Notes under the pieces: model-generated
Databases searched by the model: none
Seen by the model: the letters and a program-made list of their open reading frames with translations, nothing else
What the model was told of the DNA's origin: nothing
Shown: one piece after another, positions 26,991-38,700 of the stretch
Position numbering within the stretch: the stretch's first letter is position 1
Layout: each line of letters begins with the position of its first letter
Source of the DNA: Vicugna vicugna
Taxonomy: Eukaryota
Reading direction: 5' to 3'
NCBI GenBank assembly: GCA_013265495.1
Contig: MU058065.1
Span: forward strand, 6,820,302 to 6,884,301
DNA length: 64,000 bases
Translations under genes and position numbers: made by a program

Positions 26991-27660
26991 TGTGGTTATT
27001 ATTATTGAAATAGTTTATCAGCTAATAGCATGGTGTCTCTCCCATGACATCCCCAAGCAAGAGAAAGCAGTGAGTCTGCTTTCTGAGCTGAAGTCCATGT
27101 GTATCTTAATTTGCTTTGACCTGAATAGCAACAGTCATGCTAGCTGTAATGTTGAGTATCAGCTTAGGGTCTAGCTTCTGGCGAGAGTGCTTTTCAGAAT
27201 CTGTATAATTTAATCTTCACAACAGCCCCATGAAGTGTGCACTTTCTGAATGAGGAAACTAAGACTCTGGAATTAGGCAACTTACCTACAGTGACTCAGA
27301 TGAACTGAGTTTTAAGCAGTTTTTAAGACTTTTTTTTTTAAACCTGACCTCAAATCCAGTGTTCTGTCCACTGTAACAAGGAGCTAGATCCCAGCCTCAG
27401 TTTTCTGAACTCTCTGTCCTAGACAACTGAATATGAAAGGTATAGAAAGGACAGCCCAGATTTGACATGTCCCAACCAGCCTACTTCCTGATTGTCATTA
27501 GATTGATTTCATTTCCTCTGAGCCCACTGCATGCCTATGGATGGTGGATTGAATGTTAGAACCAGCATCCAAACGTGGTTCTGCTGTTAATGGTCAGGGT
27601 GAGCTTGGACAAGTCATTTTTCTCTGGGTCTCAGTATGGTCCATTGGAAAATGAGGAGAT

Positions 27661-27960
27661 TAGCCACATGCTGCTACTTAAACTTAATTAAAATAAAATA
27701 AAAATTTTAGTTCCTCAGCAGGGGGAGGGTATAGCTTAAGTGGCAGAGCGCATGTTTAGCATACATGAGGTCTTGGGTTCAATCCCCAGTACTTCCTCTA
27801 GGAATAAACAAGTAAATCTAATTACCCACCTCCCACCTCCCCAAAATTTTTTAGTTCCTCATTTCAAGTGCTCAATAGCCGCATGTGACTAGTGGGTACC
27901 GTACTGGACCGGGGATCTACAGAACATTTCCATTGTTATAGAAAGTTTGTTTGTGCCATG
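27661..27960 (-). mobile_element. MER3-like hAT-Charlie element
   Basis: TAGCCACATG...TTTCAAGTGCTCAATAGCC...ACAGAACATTTCC. Confidence 0.65.
27721..27842 (+). mobile_element. Vic-1-like SINE inserted into a MER3-like element
   Basis: GGGGGAGGGTATAGCTTAAGTGG...GGGTTCAATCCCCAGTAC head; TSD core TTTTAGTTCCTCA at 27705-27717 and 27849-27861. Confidence 0.85.
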
Positions 27961-28109
27961 CTGTCTTAGTGAAGACTTAGTTATTTTAGCTTTAAGTTTC
28001 TGCAATTCATCACTTCAGTTCTCAGGGGACTCAGAGGAGACTGAGGTTTCCAAGTTCTTTCCATCAGAAATATGTCCCCAGCAGCCCAAAGTCTGAACAG
28101 CCCACCTAC

Positions 28110-28245
28110 CTGCTGTTGTTGCTACAGCTGCTGTGTTACTGGAGTGGCCACGGATGCCTCCACTGTGACTCAGGGCTTGGTAGCTGTCAGGGCTGTTGGA
28201 CAGGAAAAAGTGAAGCAGACTTTACATGGAAACTTCTGACCGGGG
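28110..28245 (-). other. CXCR2: CXCR2 upstream 5' UTR exon (5' boundary uncertain)
   Basis: Minus strand GGTCAGAAGTTTC...TTTTTCCTGTCCAACAG...GTGGCCACTCCAGTAAC...CAGCAG resembles the recalled human CXCR2 leader; donor CAG|gtaggt at 28109. Confidence 0.7.
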
Positions 28246-28359
28246 CCACAGGGGGAAATCCAGGAGGCCCACAGTGGGAGGTGTTCCCACAGAGGAGCAA
28301 TGAAATCTTTTCTAGGACTCTGACTGCAGCCCGAGGCTCTGCCTAGTGATTCTGTAACG

Positions 28360-28445
28360 AGTGCTGGGAATTTTCACACCTTCTTGCCTAATGGCTTCTG
28401 GAAGAGCCTGCCGGTCTGAAAGTGGAAGTTGACTTCCTCCACCTC
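28360..28445. promoter_or_regulatory. Candidate distal CXCR2 promoter: NF-kB-like, IRF-Ets composite and PU.1 motifs
   Basis: GGGAATTTTC 28366-28375; GAAAGTGGAA 28418-28427; ACTTCCTC 28432-28439; upstream of the 28.1 kb exon. Confidence 0.45.
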
Positions 28446-31400
28446 TGTTCTGAATCCTCTTTACAAGGAAAATGCAGGCAATCACAGCCCCCAGCTGGCA
28501 GATGTGCCTAAATTTACGTACACACTTTCTTCCTTCCTTCTAGGGGCAGCATGAGAAGTCACCCTCATCTTTCTAGTGAATTCCTGCACCTGGCGGTGGG
28601 ACTGACTACGTCTCACATCTTTGAGGGTCTTGCCTTCTGGGCCCTCTGCCCCTCAATCACCTCTTTCCCTGAACTTGCCTGGGTCTTTCCCTTCCTCAGT
28701 TCTAAGACCCCTTTAGCTACCATCACCCCCAGGTCCTCCATTTCACAGGCAAACTTCTTGAAATAGCAGCAAGCAGTTGCTGCTTCCACTTTGCCAACTT
28801 CTTGTTCACTGCTCAACCCACTGCAACCAGCTTCCTTCTCCCTGTTCTGCGGAAACAGCTTTTGCCAAGGTTACCAATGACCTAGGGTTACTAAATCCAG
28901 TAAACCTTTTTCTTAAAACTGTTTAATATTATAAAAATAAAGCATGCATATTGTAAAGAATACAGGTGATACAAAAGCATATAAAGTAAAATTGGAGTCC
29001 CTTCCATCCCTCTGTTCACCCATATCTTGTGAACATCTTTCCAGACCTTTGTCCATGCATGTACTAATATGTTTTCCTTCCTTCTTTCCTTAATAAAATA
29101 ATATTTAACTAGTTATATTGTTCTGCACCCTAAAAATGTATCATGTACCTATTTCACATTAGTTCGTATAGATCCATCTTGCTTTTTTCAGTGATGACAT
29201 AATGGTCCATGGTATGGACTTCACATGATTTATTTGATAATTACCTTATAGATGAATATTTAGGTTCTTGCTATGAGCATCTTTGAATGTAGGTCTTTGG
29301 GAACTTGTATGAGTGTTTCAGTAGCTTAAGTATAATTTTGCTGGGTCATATTTACGTACATTTAAATTTTCATTATAACTACTACATTGTCCTTTAAAAA
29401 GACTTTTCCAGTTACTCTCCTGTTATCTGTATAAAAGGACCTCTTATCTTATCTACTCATACAATCTTGTATTTGTCAATTCTGTTAAAATATCTTTGCT
29501 CCGTCTGCTGTGTGCCTTTTACTTTATTCATGGTGAAATTGTTACCATCCATGTTTTATTTGATCTCTACATCATTTAACCCCACTGACGCTATTCTCTT
29601 CTTATTGCTCCTGAAGTTCTCTTGGTCTTGCTTGTCGCTTTATTTCTTAATTCATTCCTCAAATATGGATGCTTCTTGGAGCCTGCCTTGGTCCTCTTGT
29701 CTACCTGCTCTCCCTAGACCCGCCCACCTGCCTCCTTGGCTTCATCTCCCACCCAATATGTGCTAGCGTCTCCCACACCTGTAGTTCTCAGCCTCTTTTC
29801 TAAGCTCAAATTCCTACATGTAATTCCTTCCTGAAGTATCCCCTGAGGTCCTACAGATGCTGCAAACTTGACATGCAGAAAACCAAACTCATAGGATTCC
29901 CTGACACGTGTGTTTCTCCTCCTTAACCTGGAAACGGGCACACCCTCTACCCTACCTTCGTTCTTCCTCTCCATGGAGGCCATCTCTGTAACATCCTTTG
30001 TGATTATCTTCTCTTCCTCATCTGGTGGCGCCAGGCCCCATTTTATTCTCTCTTGCTCAAACTCCTGCATTTGTTGTGTGATGGCTATAGATTCCAGAGC
30101 AGGACTGAGTTAGGATCTCAACAATGTCACCTTGGACAAGTTATTTCATCTCACGGGTCTCAGTTTCACTATCTATAAAATGGGGATAATGAGAGCACCT
30201 ACCACAGAGGGTTGTCCTGTGGATTAAAGGAGTCTGTATTTGTAAAGCAGTTAGAATGGTACAAGCACTGTGGGTTGCTGCTGCTGCTACTACCACTACT
30301 ATTTTCCTAAATGCTTTCTGCCTCAAGTCTTTTCCTCCTCAATCCATCCCCTACCCCCTACCAGAATGATCTTCTTAAAATGTGAATTTGATCACCCTCT
30401 TCCTCTCTTACAACCCTTCAAGAACCCCTGTTGCCCTCAGGCAGAGTCAAATTCCTGATCTGGCCAACTTGTGTCCCCGCATGTGACCCCACATCTCCAG
30501 CCTTATTTCAGGCTACGCCCCCTTGAATCCTCGACACGACTGCCCTGCAGTTCCTCTGCAGAGCTGTTCTGGTTCCCCTGGGCTTTGTCATGCGTTTCCC
30601 TTTTTCTCATCCCCAGCCTCCTGGTCTGGCCAACTGTCTCCTTTCCAGTTTAGCTCAGTTGTCACCTCCATGCACCACTGTCCCCTCTGTGCTCCTCAGC
30701 ATCCACAGACTTACCTGTGTGATGGCTTCAATTTCAGGGACCTGTAATCATCAGCTTGGCTGCCTCCTCCTTCCTACAGTGAGGTTCTTGAAAGCAGAAA
30801 TTTTTATAATTTATATGAAATCTCTGTCTCCCCAAACCAATCACAGTGTTTGATATGTCCTAGGTGCTTAGTATCCTTTTGTTGAGCACTGAATGGATTG
30901 ACAAAGTGGGGAAACTGATGTACATTGCCCTGCCATCTCACTGCTGCCTTTGATAAGGAGAAGTTCTCACTAGCTCTCCAGGGCAGGAACTGCTGTTGCA
31001 AAACTCTTGCTCCATGAGACGGTAATGGGCTGCAACTCTTGGTGGCCCTGACCCCAAGAGGCAGTCCACAGGCTCTGGTCAGAGTCACAGGGTTCCCCAA
31101 TTGCTGTGGAGTCTCTGGCAGTCTGTGTGAGGCAGAGGGGACAGGAATAGCACACATGCCTGTTTGGAACCAATAAGTCTGCCCTGGAGCCCAGGTAGGA
31201 TAGCTAATCACCTTGTTATAGAGTGGGGCCTGTATTTCTTCTGAAACAGCATTCTCGGAAGCAGCACAACTGGGTTCCCAATGAATAACACATAAGACTT
31301 CTTGGGAAATCAGGGGATATGATCTGTACCACAGAACTACATGAGTCCTTAACAACTGTCTTAAATATTAAAGTCTAGCTGAGTAAACACTGCACAGAGA

Positions 31401-31539
31401 GTCACCTAGACTCAGCCCCTTCCTCTAGGCACTCACAAATTGGGACCCTGCAAGTCACCATAGTGGTTGGCAGGGAAGGACAGAGAGGCTCAAGCCCCAT
31501 GTCTGTGCCTCCTCTCCTGTCCACCAAACCAGACAGATG

Positions 31540-32210
31540 CCCTGGGGAGTAACTGGGACTCTCACATTCTGTTGGTGTGAAGGTACAATGTACAATCTCT
31601 TTGGGAAATAACCCAGCAGTTTCTTAAAAGTTAAACATACACCTATCATATGACCTGGTCATTTCATTCCTAGGTATTTACCCAACAGAAATAAAAGCAT
31701 ATTTCTTTGCAAAGATTTGTACAGAAGTGATGATGAGAAACATTTGCAATAGCCTCAATTTGTAAACAACCCAAATGTCAGCAATAGGTGAATGTATAAA
31801 CAAATTGTGGTATATCCACACAGTGGAATACTACTCAGCAGTGAAAAAGAGCAATGGATCTATGCCACAACATGGGTGAATCTTAAAATAATTATGCTGA
31901 ATGAAAGAAGGCAGATAGTAAAGAATGTATACTGTATGATTCCATTTATATAAAATTGTAGAAAATGCAAACTAGTCTCTAGAGACAGAGAGCAATTAAG
32001 TTGCCTAGGGATGAGGAGAGGTGTGGAGCGGGAAGGAGAGATAACAAAGGGCACAAGGAAATGGGGGCTGATGGATGTGTTTATTATTTTGAAGATGGTG
32101 TGGCTTCACAGATGTATATTGAAGTCAAAATTCATCAGATTGTACACATCAGATTCATGTGAAGTGTATTATATGTTAGCAGCACCTGGAGAAAGCTGTT
32201 AAAAATAAAA
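31540..32210 (+). mobile_element. Old L1 (L1MC/ME-like) 3' fragment
   Basis: CCTAGGTATTTACCCAA; GGAATACTACTCAGCA; ATGATTCCATTTATATAAAA; A-rich end. Confidence 0.75.
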
Positions 32211-32605
32211 GATGATAAAGACATACCCCTGAAGCACACAGACTCCAGACAAGTGTCTCTATGGATGGGCTGGCTGAAGAGGGAGTGCAGAGGAGAAACG
32301 TCAGGGCCACCGGCTCTTATTCTTGGATGAGGATTTTCTGAGGGTGAAGGGACTTTCGAGAGGATGACAAGCACTCCCTTATGTCACAGAAAAAGCCTGA
32401 CAGCTGAGTGCTTTGCAAGGTTGCCCAGCTCATCAGTGGGAGATGCAGGGCGGGCACCTGTCTCCTGACGGTCAGCCCCGCTCCTTCCACCCTCCACACC
32501 ACGGCCTGTCCACTCAAGTGCTGTCCACTTTAGATCGCTGACTTCCAGAAGGTGGGACCGGTCAGACCAGAGGGCCAGGAAGAGCTGAGGGGTGGGGGGT
32601 CTTGG

Positions 32606-32708
32606 TCAGAGGACTTGGGCTTCTCTTCTCTGGGAGCAGGGTGGGCAGTGGCGCTCTCTCTTCTTGTAATCCACAGAGCAGGCATGGCAAACCCGGCCTC
32701 CGCAGAGC
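32606..32708 (-). CDS. RUFY4: RUFY4 last coding exon (LCGGRVCHACSVDYKKRERHCPPCSQRREAQVL*)
   Basis: tttgcag acceptor; TGA at 32608-32606; second half of FYVE. Confidence 0.93.
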
Positions 32709-35700
32709 CTGCAAAGCAGAAATGGAAGAGTGCAGCGTGCATGGATGTGTACCGGGCAGGGGACAATGGGGTTCGAGCATCTTCAGGTCCACTGGTTTCT
32801 CATCTCCCGGCAGAACAGCCCTGGGTCTGTCTCAGGAGGCCTCCCCTTTCCTAAAGAGTATCCCAATGCCCCACCCTCCAGGGTCCTCTAACTCCAAATG
32901 GCAGGTTCTCCTGATGGCCCATTGTCCTCGCTCCTGTTGCTTATCCTGCCACCGTGTTCCCAGGGCAAAGTGAGGGGCGCAGCTTCCTCTGCACAGGAAA
33001 TCTCTTCTCAGATGTGATCAGCCAGTCTATTCTTGGAAGGGTTACACAGTCCCATCTTTCAGATGCCATTCCTTGCCTGTCCCCTTCCTACTATTCTTGT
33101 TATGTTTCTGCTAAGCTTTGGGTAAAATGAGTGGCCAGCTTTAGGTGGCCTTTTATAAGGTGTTCCTCCCTTCTCTGGAGTCGGCAGAGGGCTGTGGCTG
33201 GTGGAAACTGGGTTGTCCCAGAGGAAGGCTTCTGTGCCCCACCCATTACCTGCATGGGTACTGCCGAGACAGCCGGCCAAAGATCTTGCTACAGCTGACA
33301 CAGCATCCAGGGGCCACAGAAGAGAGATGCTGGACCTTCTGCCACAGGTCATCCTTCTCTCTGATGGGTGGTTGGAGGTGGGGACATATACACACAGAGG
33401 AAGACAGAAAGATGGAAATGGCACAGATGGAGAGACAGAGAGGGACAGAAAGAGACACAGAGATAAAGAAGAGAAAGACAGAGAGGGACAGAGTGAGTCT
33501 CACAGAGATATACACATAGACAAAAAGAGACCGGAGATAACAGAGCAGAAAAACAGAGACACAGAAATGGAGAGGGAGACAAAGGAGGATGGAGACAGTC
33601 ACTCAGAGAGAGAGGAAGGAAGTCAGGGAGGTGGAGAGGGAGACAGAGACACACAGAGAAGCAGATGGGGAAATACATGTAGAGGGAGAGAGCAAGACAC
33701 AGGGAAAAAGATGCAGAGACAGACAGGGAAAGAGACACAGACATAGAGAGAGAGACAAATACGGAGAAGATGGAGAGAAAGAAAAAGACATAGTGATGGA
33801 GAGAGACAGAAACAAGTGAAGAGACAGTGAGACACACACACACATTAGAGATCGGTGAGTCTCCAGTTTTTCTGGGAAGATGGATGGTGACACCCAGGTT
33901 CTCTTTGCCCAACATAACCTTGATGTATTATTTAAGAACTTGTTCATATCCCACCTCCTCCAAGAAGCAATCCCTGATTTGAAAGCCTCCAGGGGGTTCT
34001 TGCTCCAGACTCCTAAAGCATTTAATGCCTATTATCTTTATTTAGCACATTGTAAAAAATGCCTTGTAGTTACATATGTTTATCCTCCTGCAAAACTATC
34101 TTCACCGTTTTTTAAAGGATGTTTATGAATGTGGGTAGTTTTATATTTTTATCAAAATGACACATACATACAATTTAAAAAGTGAACGGTACAGAAGGAC
34201 TTCTATTAAAAGGCCTTCTTCCCAGTCTCAGTGGCAAACCCCTTACATCTTTTAGCTTATTCTCCTTGATATTACTTCCATATTTATGTAATATGCTCCT
34301 ATCTTCTTTCTTCATTTTCTTGATTTATCAAGAAAGAACATTTTCTATAGAGCTCCTTGATATCAGAAGATATGGCTTATTTATTACCATGCTCACTATT
34401 AACTCTTCTTCCTTCCTCCCAATGCAGTTATATCCCATTTTTGGTTCCTCTTTTGGCTACGATGTAATTTTACAGAATACACTCACACATTTATTTCTCA
34501 CTCATTTTATAAACTAGAGATAGTATCACACGACTGCCATCCTGCAATAAGATGATATCAGCAGCCTTCTCTTCAGCTTTTCCCCCTCTCTACTTCCTGA
34601 CTTGTCATCTATTCCTGCAAATTCAATATGGTAGCCACTAGCCACATGTGTGGCTATTTAAGTGTATATTAAACTTAATTAAGGTTAAAATTAAAAATTC
34701 AGTTCCTTAGTTGAAACAGCCATAGTTGAAGCGCTCAGTCACTACGTATGACTAGTAGCTGCCATACTGGACAGGGCAAATGCAGAACATTGCCACCTTC
34801 ACAGAAAGGCCTGTTGGAGTCTGTTCTATACTTACTGTTGTTTAGGTGGTGACATTTACACTTATTCTATAATTATAATTGTCTTCTGTGCATTGCCTTT
34901 AGGTTGATTCTAACATTGAAAAAAATCAATGAATAGTCTTTATTATTATTAGACAATATATAAGCATACTGTGTCAACTGGAGCTAAGATGTGTTGTATA
35001 ACATTTGCCTTCTTGGAAATTTGTTGTTTTTCTAAGACTTTCTAATTGCCTTTCTTTGCTCTTTGCACGACTTGCCTTTAACATAGCCTAATCCTAACTG
35101 CCCCCTCCACAATTTTTTGCCATAGCAGATACTCTACTGAGTCTCTTTCTCCCCAGAGACCTCCCTCCTGGACTTCTCAGTAATTCTGCTATAGCCTGAA
35201 CTGACTGTTTCCCGGGCTTGCTGCCCACTTGTCATCTTGGAGATTCCCTTTTCTTCTCTCCTAGGCTAGAGCTACTATTTTCTGAATTCCACATCTTCTT
35301 TCTTGGCTTACTTCCTTGTTTTTCTGTAGTATATCCTTCATTAACTTCCTAAGAAAGGCTGTGTGGGAGGTGAATTTTCTGCGACCTGTCTATCTGAAAA
35401 ATGTCCTTCCTCCATCCCCTCCACGCTTACTTCACAGTTTGGCTGGACATAGAATTCTAGGGCAAAAGCCAGCTTTTCTCAGAACTTGAAATCATTACAT
35501 CATTGATTCTTAACATTTGTTGGGTTTGAAGTCTTCTATAAGTGGACATATCTTTTAGGATATTTTTCTTATCTTTGTTTTACTGAAATTCCACAATGTT
35601 ATATCTAGATGTAGTTGGTTTTTTTCCCCCTTTCGTTTATTGTGCTTGTCACTCAGTGAAATCTGTAAATCTGAGCTCTGTGTCCATCAGAGCTGGGAAA

Positions 35701-38700
35701 GTGTCTCATATTTTCATCTGATAATTACCTTCTTTCCATTCTTTCCTTTTTTGGAACTCCTATCAGTTGGAGAAGATACTGAAACTCCTGAATCGATTCT
35801 TTATGTTTATTTCTCTCATGTCTCCTTTTATCTTTGCTTTCATTCTACTTTCTGAGACTGCCTCATCTTTCTCTTTCAATCCTAGTGAATTAAAAAATTT
35901 TCAGTGGTCATTGTTTAATTTCCAAGTACGTTTCTCGTCTTTTTTTTTTTTTTTTTGTTTTTTTTTTTGTGGGGGGTAATTAGGTTTTTTTTTTTTTTAT
36001 TTTTTTGAGTGGGGTAATTAGGTTTATTTATTTATCTTTAGAGGAGGTACTGGGGATTGAACCCAGCACCTTGTGCATGCTAAGCATGTGCTCTGCGACT
36101 TCAGCTATACCTTCCCTCATTGTTTCTTATCTTTTGATGGTTGCTTTTCACAGCATCATGGGAGATGGATCTTTTTTGTTTATCTTTGTCACTCCCCTTA
36201 ATTTTCTAGACTCTGCTCAAATGTCTGGGGGATCCTTGGTTGTCATTTCATGTTTAATAAAGAGGTGATAAAAACTGTTGGAGCTCCAAGGAGTGGACAG
36301 GGATGGTTGACTCGTGGCTTTCCCTTAGGCAAGCTTGGGCAGGGAGCTATCTGCTGCTCTAGACTCTCAAATGCCAGAACACACTGCTCTTTTATTTGGG
36401 GCATCTAAATTTCTTTAGAGAAAGATCGTTTATTTGCCTGGGAAATAGGCCCCTCACTGTTGGGTGTTTGCAGTCGGGGAGGCAGGCAGGAAGCATGAGT
36501 GTACACTGTTCTTTTTAATGACTTCATCAGTTAATTTTCCTGATTTCTGCCCCTCATCTCACTTCTGCCACCTGTGTTCTTGGTGTCTCTGGACCCTGAA
36601 GTTCTAACATGGGCTAAATCCAATATTCACTTCTCCATCCATTTTCTGGCTTCTGGAAATTAGCTGAAATCTCTCATCTATGGTTGGTTCCTCCACTTTT
36701 TGCTCTGTTTACAATTTATTCTTTTACCATCACTTAAGTGAGATCCCAGGATGGAGAATAGATAATGCGTGATCAGTCTATGATCTTGGCACAGAAGTAA
36801 ACCTTTGTGCTCTCCCCTCCCTTTTCCTTTTCTTCTTCTTCCTTTTTTTTTTTTTTTTTTGCTTACGGCTGTATCTTTCACAACACTTCTGTGAGGGACA
36901 TTGTATTATGTGATTTGGGACCTGAGTGATTAATTTCTTTAGCACTAGGGAAAACACTTGTCTCTTGGGATGAACTGATGTAGTTCCTTTGAGTGGACAG
37001 TGAAATTTAGGTAACTTTCTGTTTCCTTTTTGGATCCTCCTACCAAGATGTTTCTTTAACAATCATATATACAAAGGTCTTTTATTGTTAGCTACGTTAA
37101 ATTCTTCTGCGAGATATATAGCTAATTTTTGGTATCTCCCTTCTTTCCAGTTGACAGCTCCTCAAAGGAGATTATTCTTCAAATTCTTTGTCCTTTCCAG
37201 GCTGATCTCTCCTTTTCTCATCTTTAATCATTTGGATTTTGTGCAAGAGGATTAGTCCAAATGATCTCTCACAACCTCCAGTTCTAATGGAATGTGAGTC
37301 CAATGGTCTCCTATTTCCTGAATGAGGTGAAAGTATAATGGACACCTGTGAATTACCGCCTCACTAGACTGAAGGGTAGAAGCCAGGTTTCACACATTTC
37401 CTCCATCCCTCAGTGAGCCTAGTGGTTTGGAATTGATCCTGGTGAACTCAGCCTCTAGAACCCAAGACACCTGACCCAGGACAGGCACAGGTCCAGTGGT
37501 CAGAGGAAGTCCAATAGACAGGTAGGTGTAGGACATTCAATTACCTCTCAGTTAACCTCCTCCTTCTTCTCCTAATTCCTTTTCAACCCTTGGGCTCCTT
37601 TCCCTTCTCCTAGCATTGGTGTGTGTGTGTGGGGGGGTTGGTTGGCGGAGTGTGTGCCTTAGAGGTAGAGGACTATATGCAATTTATATGCTGTGTGTCC
37701 TTGATGGCCAAGTTAGCCTCTCTGACCCTCTGTTTCCTCATCTGTAATATGGGGATAACAGCGGGGGTGGCTGAAAGAAGGAAATGAGTTAGTATATAGG
37801 AAAGGGCCAGAGCTGCTTGATACCAGCCCCCCTTCTGTACCCCAGTCCTGGGGTCCTGCCCTTACTGAATCAGTTCCAGCACCCGCCTCTTCATGGCACG
37901 GACCAGGTCCCGCTGCCCTTCAAGCTCCTCCTCATGCATGGCATCCCTCCTTTCAGCCTCCAGCTGCTTCTGCTCCAGCTCCGCCTGCAGCCAGGCCCTC
38001 TCTTCCTGACACCTGTGCGCAGAAGGAAGACTGAGTTCTGAGGGAGAAAGCGCAGCGGCTGTGACTGAGCTGGGCTGGGCCTCTGTGTGGCAGAGAGCCC
38101 TGCTGGGGAAGCTGGGGATGCCCTCTGCGGATAGACTGCACACACACGCACACATGCACATCACACACTACACACCACACGCCTCATATTCACAACACCT
38201 CACACACACACTGCACACACTCACAACACATACACGCTCACACACCACATACTAGAAAACACACACCGCATACACTCACAACATAGCACACACACCACAC
38301 ACACTACATTCACATATGCATTATACTACACATCCATACACACCACACACATCACATACCTACACTTACACCACACCACACGCCACTAGACATACACACT
38401 CTGCACACACTCCCAATACAACACAACACACACACCCCACATCACATACCACACACACCATACTATCCACCACACGTATACATCATAATACACATCTCAC
38501 ACATGCACTCACCCCCTACACCACACATACCACACATCACACATCACACCGAACCAAGTACTTTGTGGTCTGACACCTGTGGGTTGATGCCTCAAACCTT
38601 CCAGAGAAATGAAAACAGGGCTTAGCCTTGCAGGTTCCTTTACAAGGGACAAGTCAACACTTTCATTTGTTTTCCTTTTTTAAAAGAAAATTTCCATTTT

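Noticed and set aside
33201..33947. Stacked ORFs of 110-190 aa
   Set aside because: Products of the GA-rich repeat; only 33250-33360 is a real exon.
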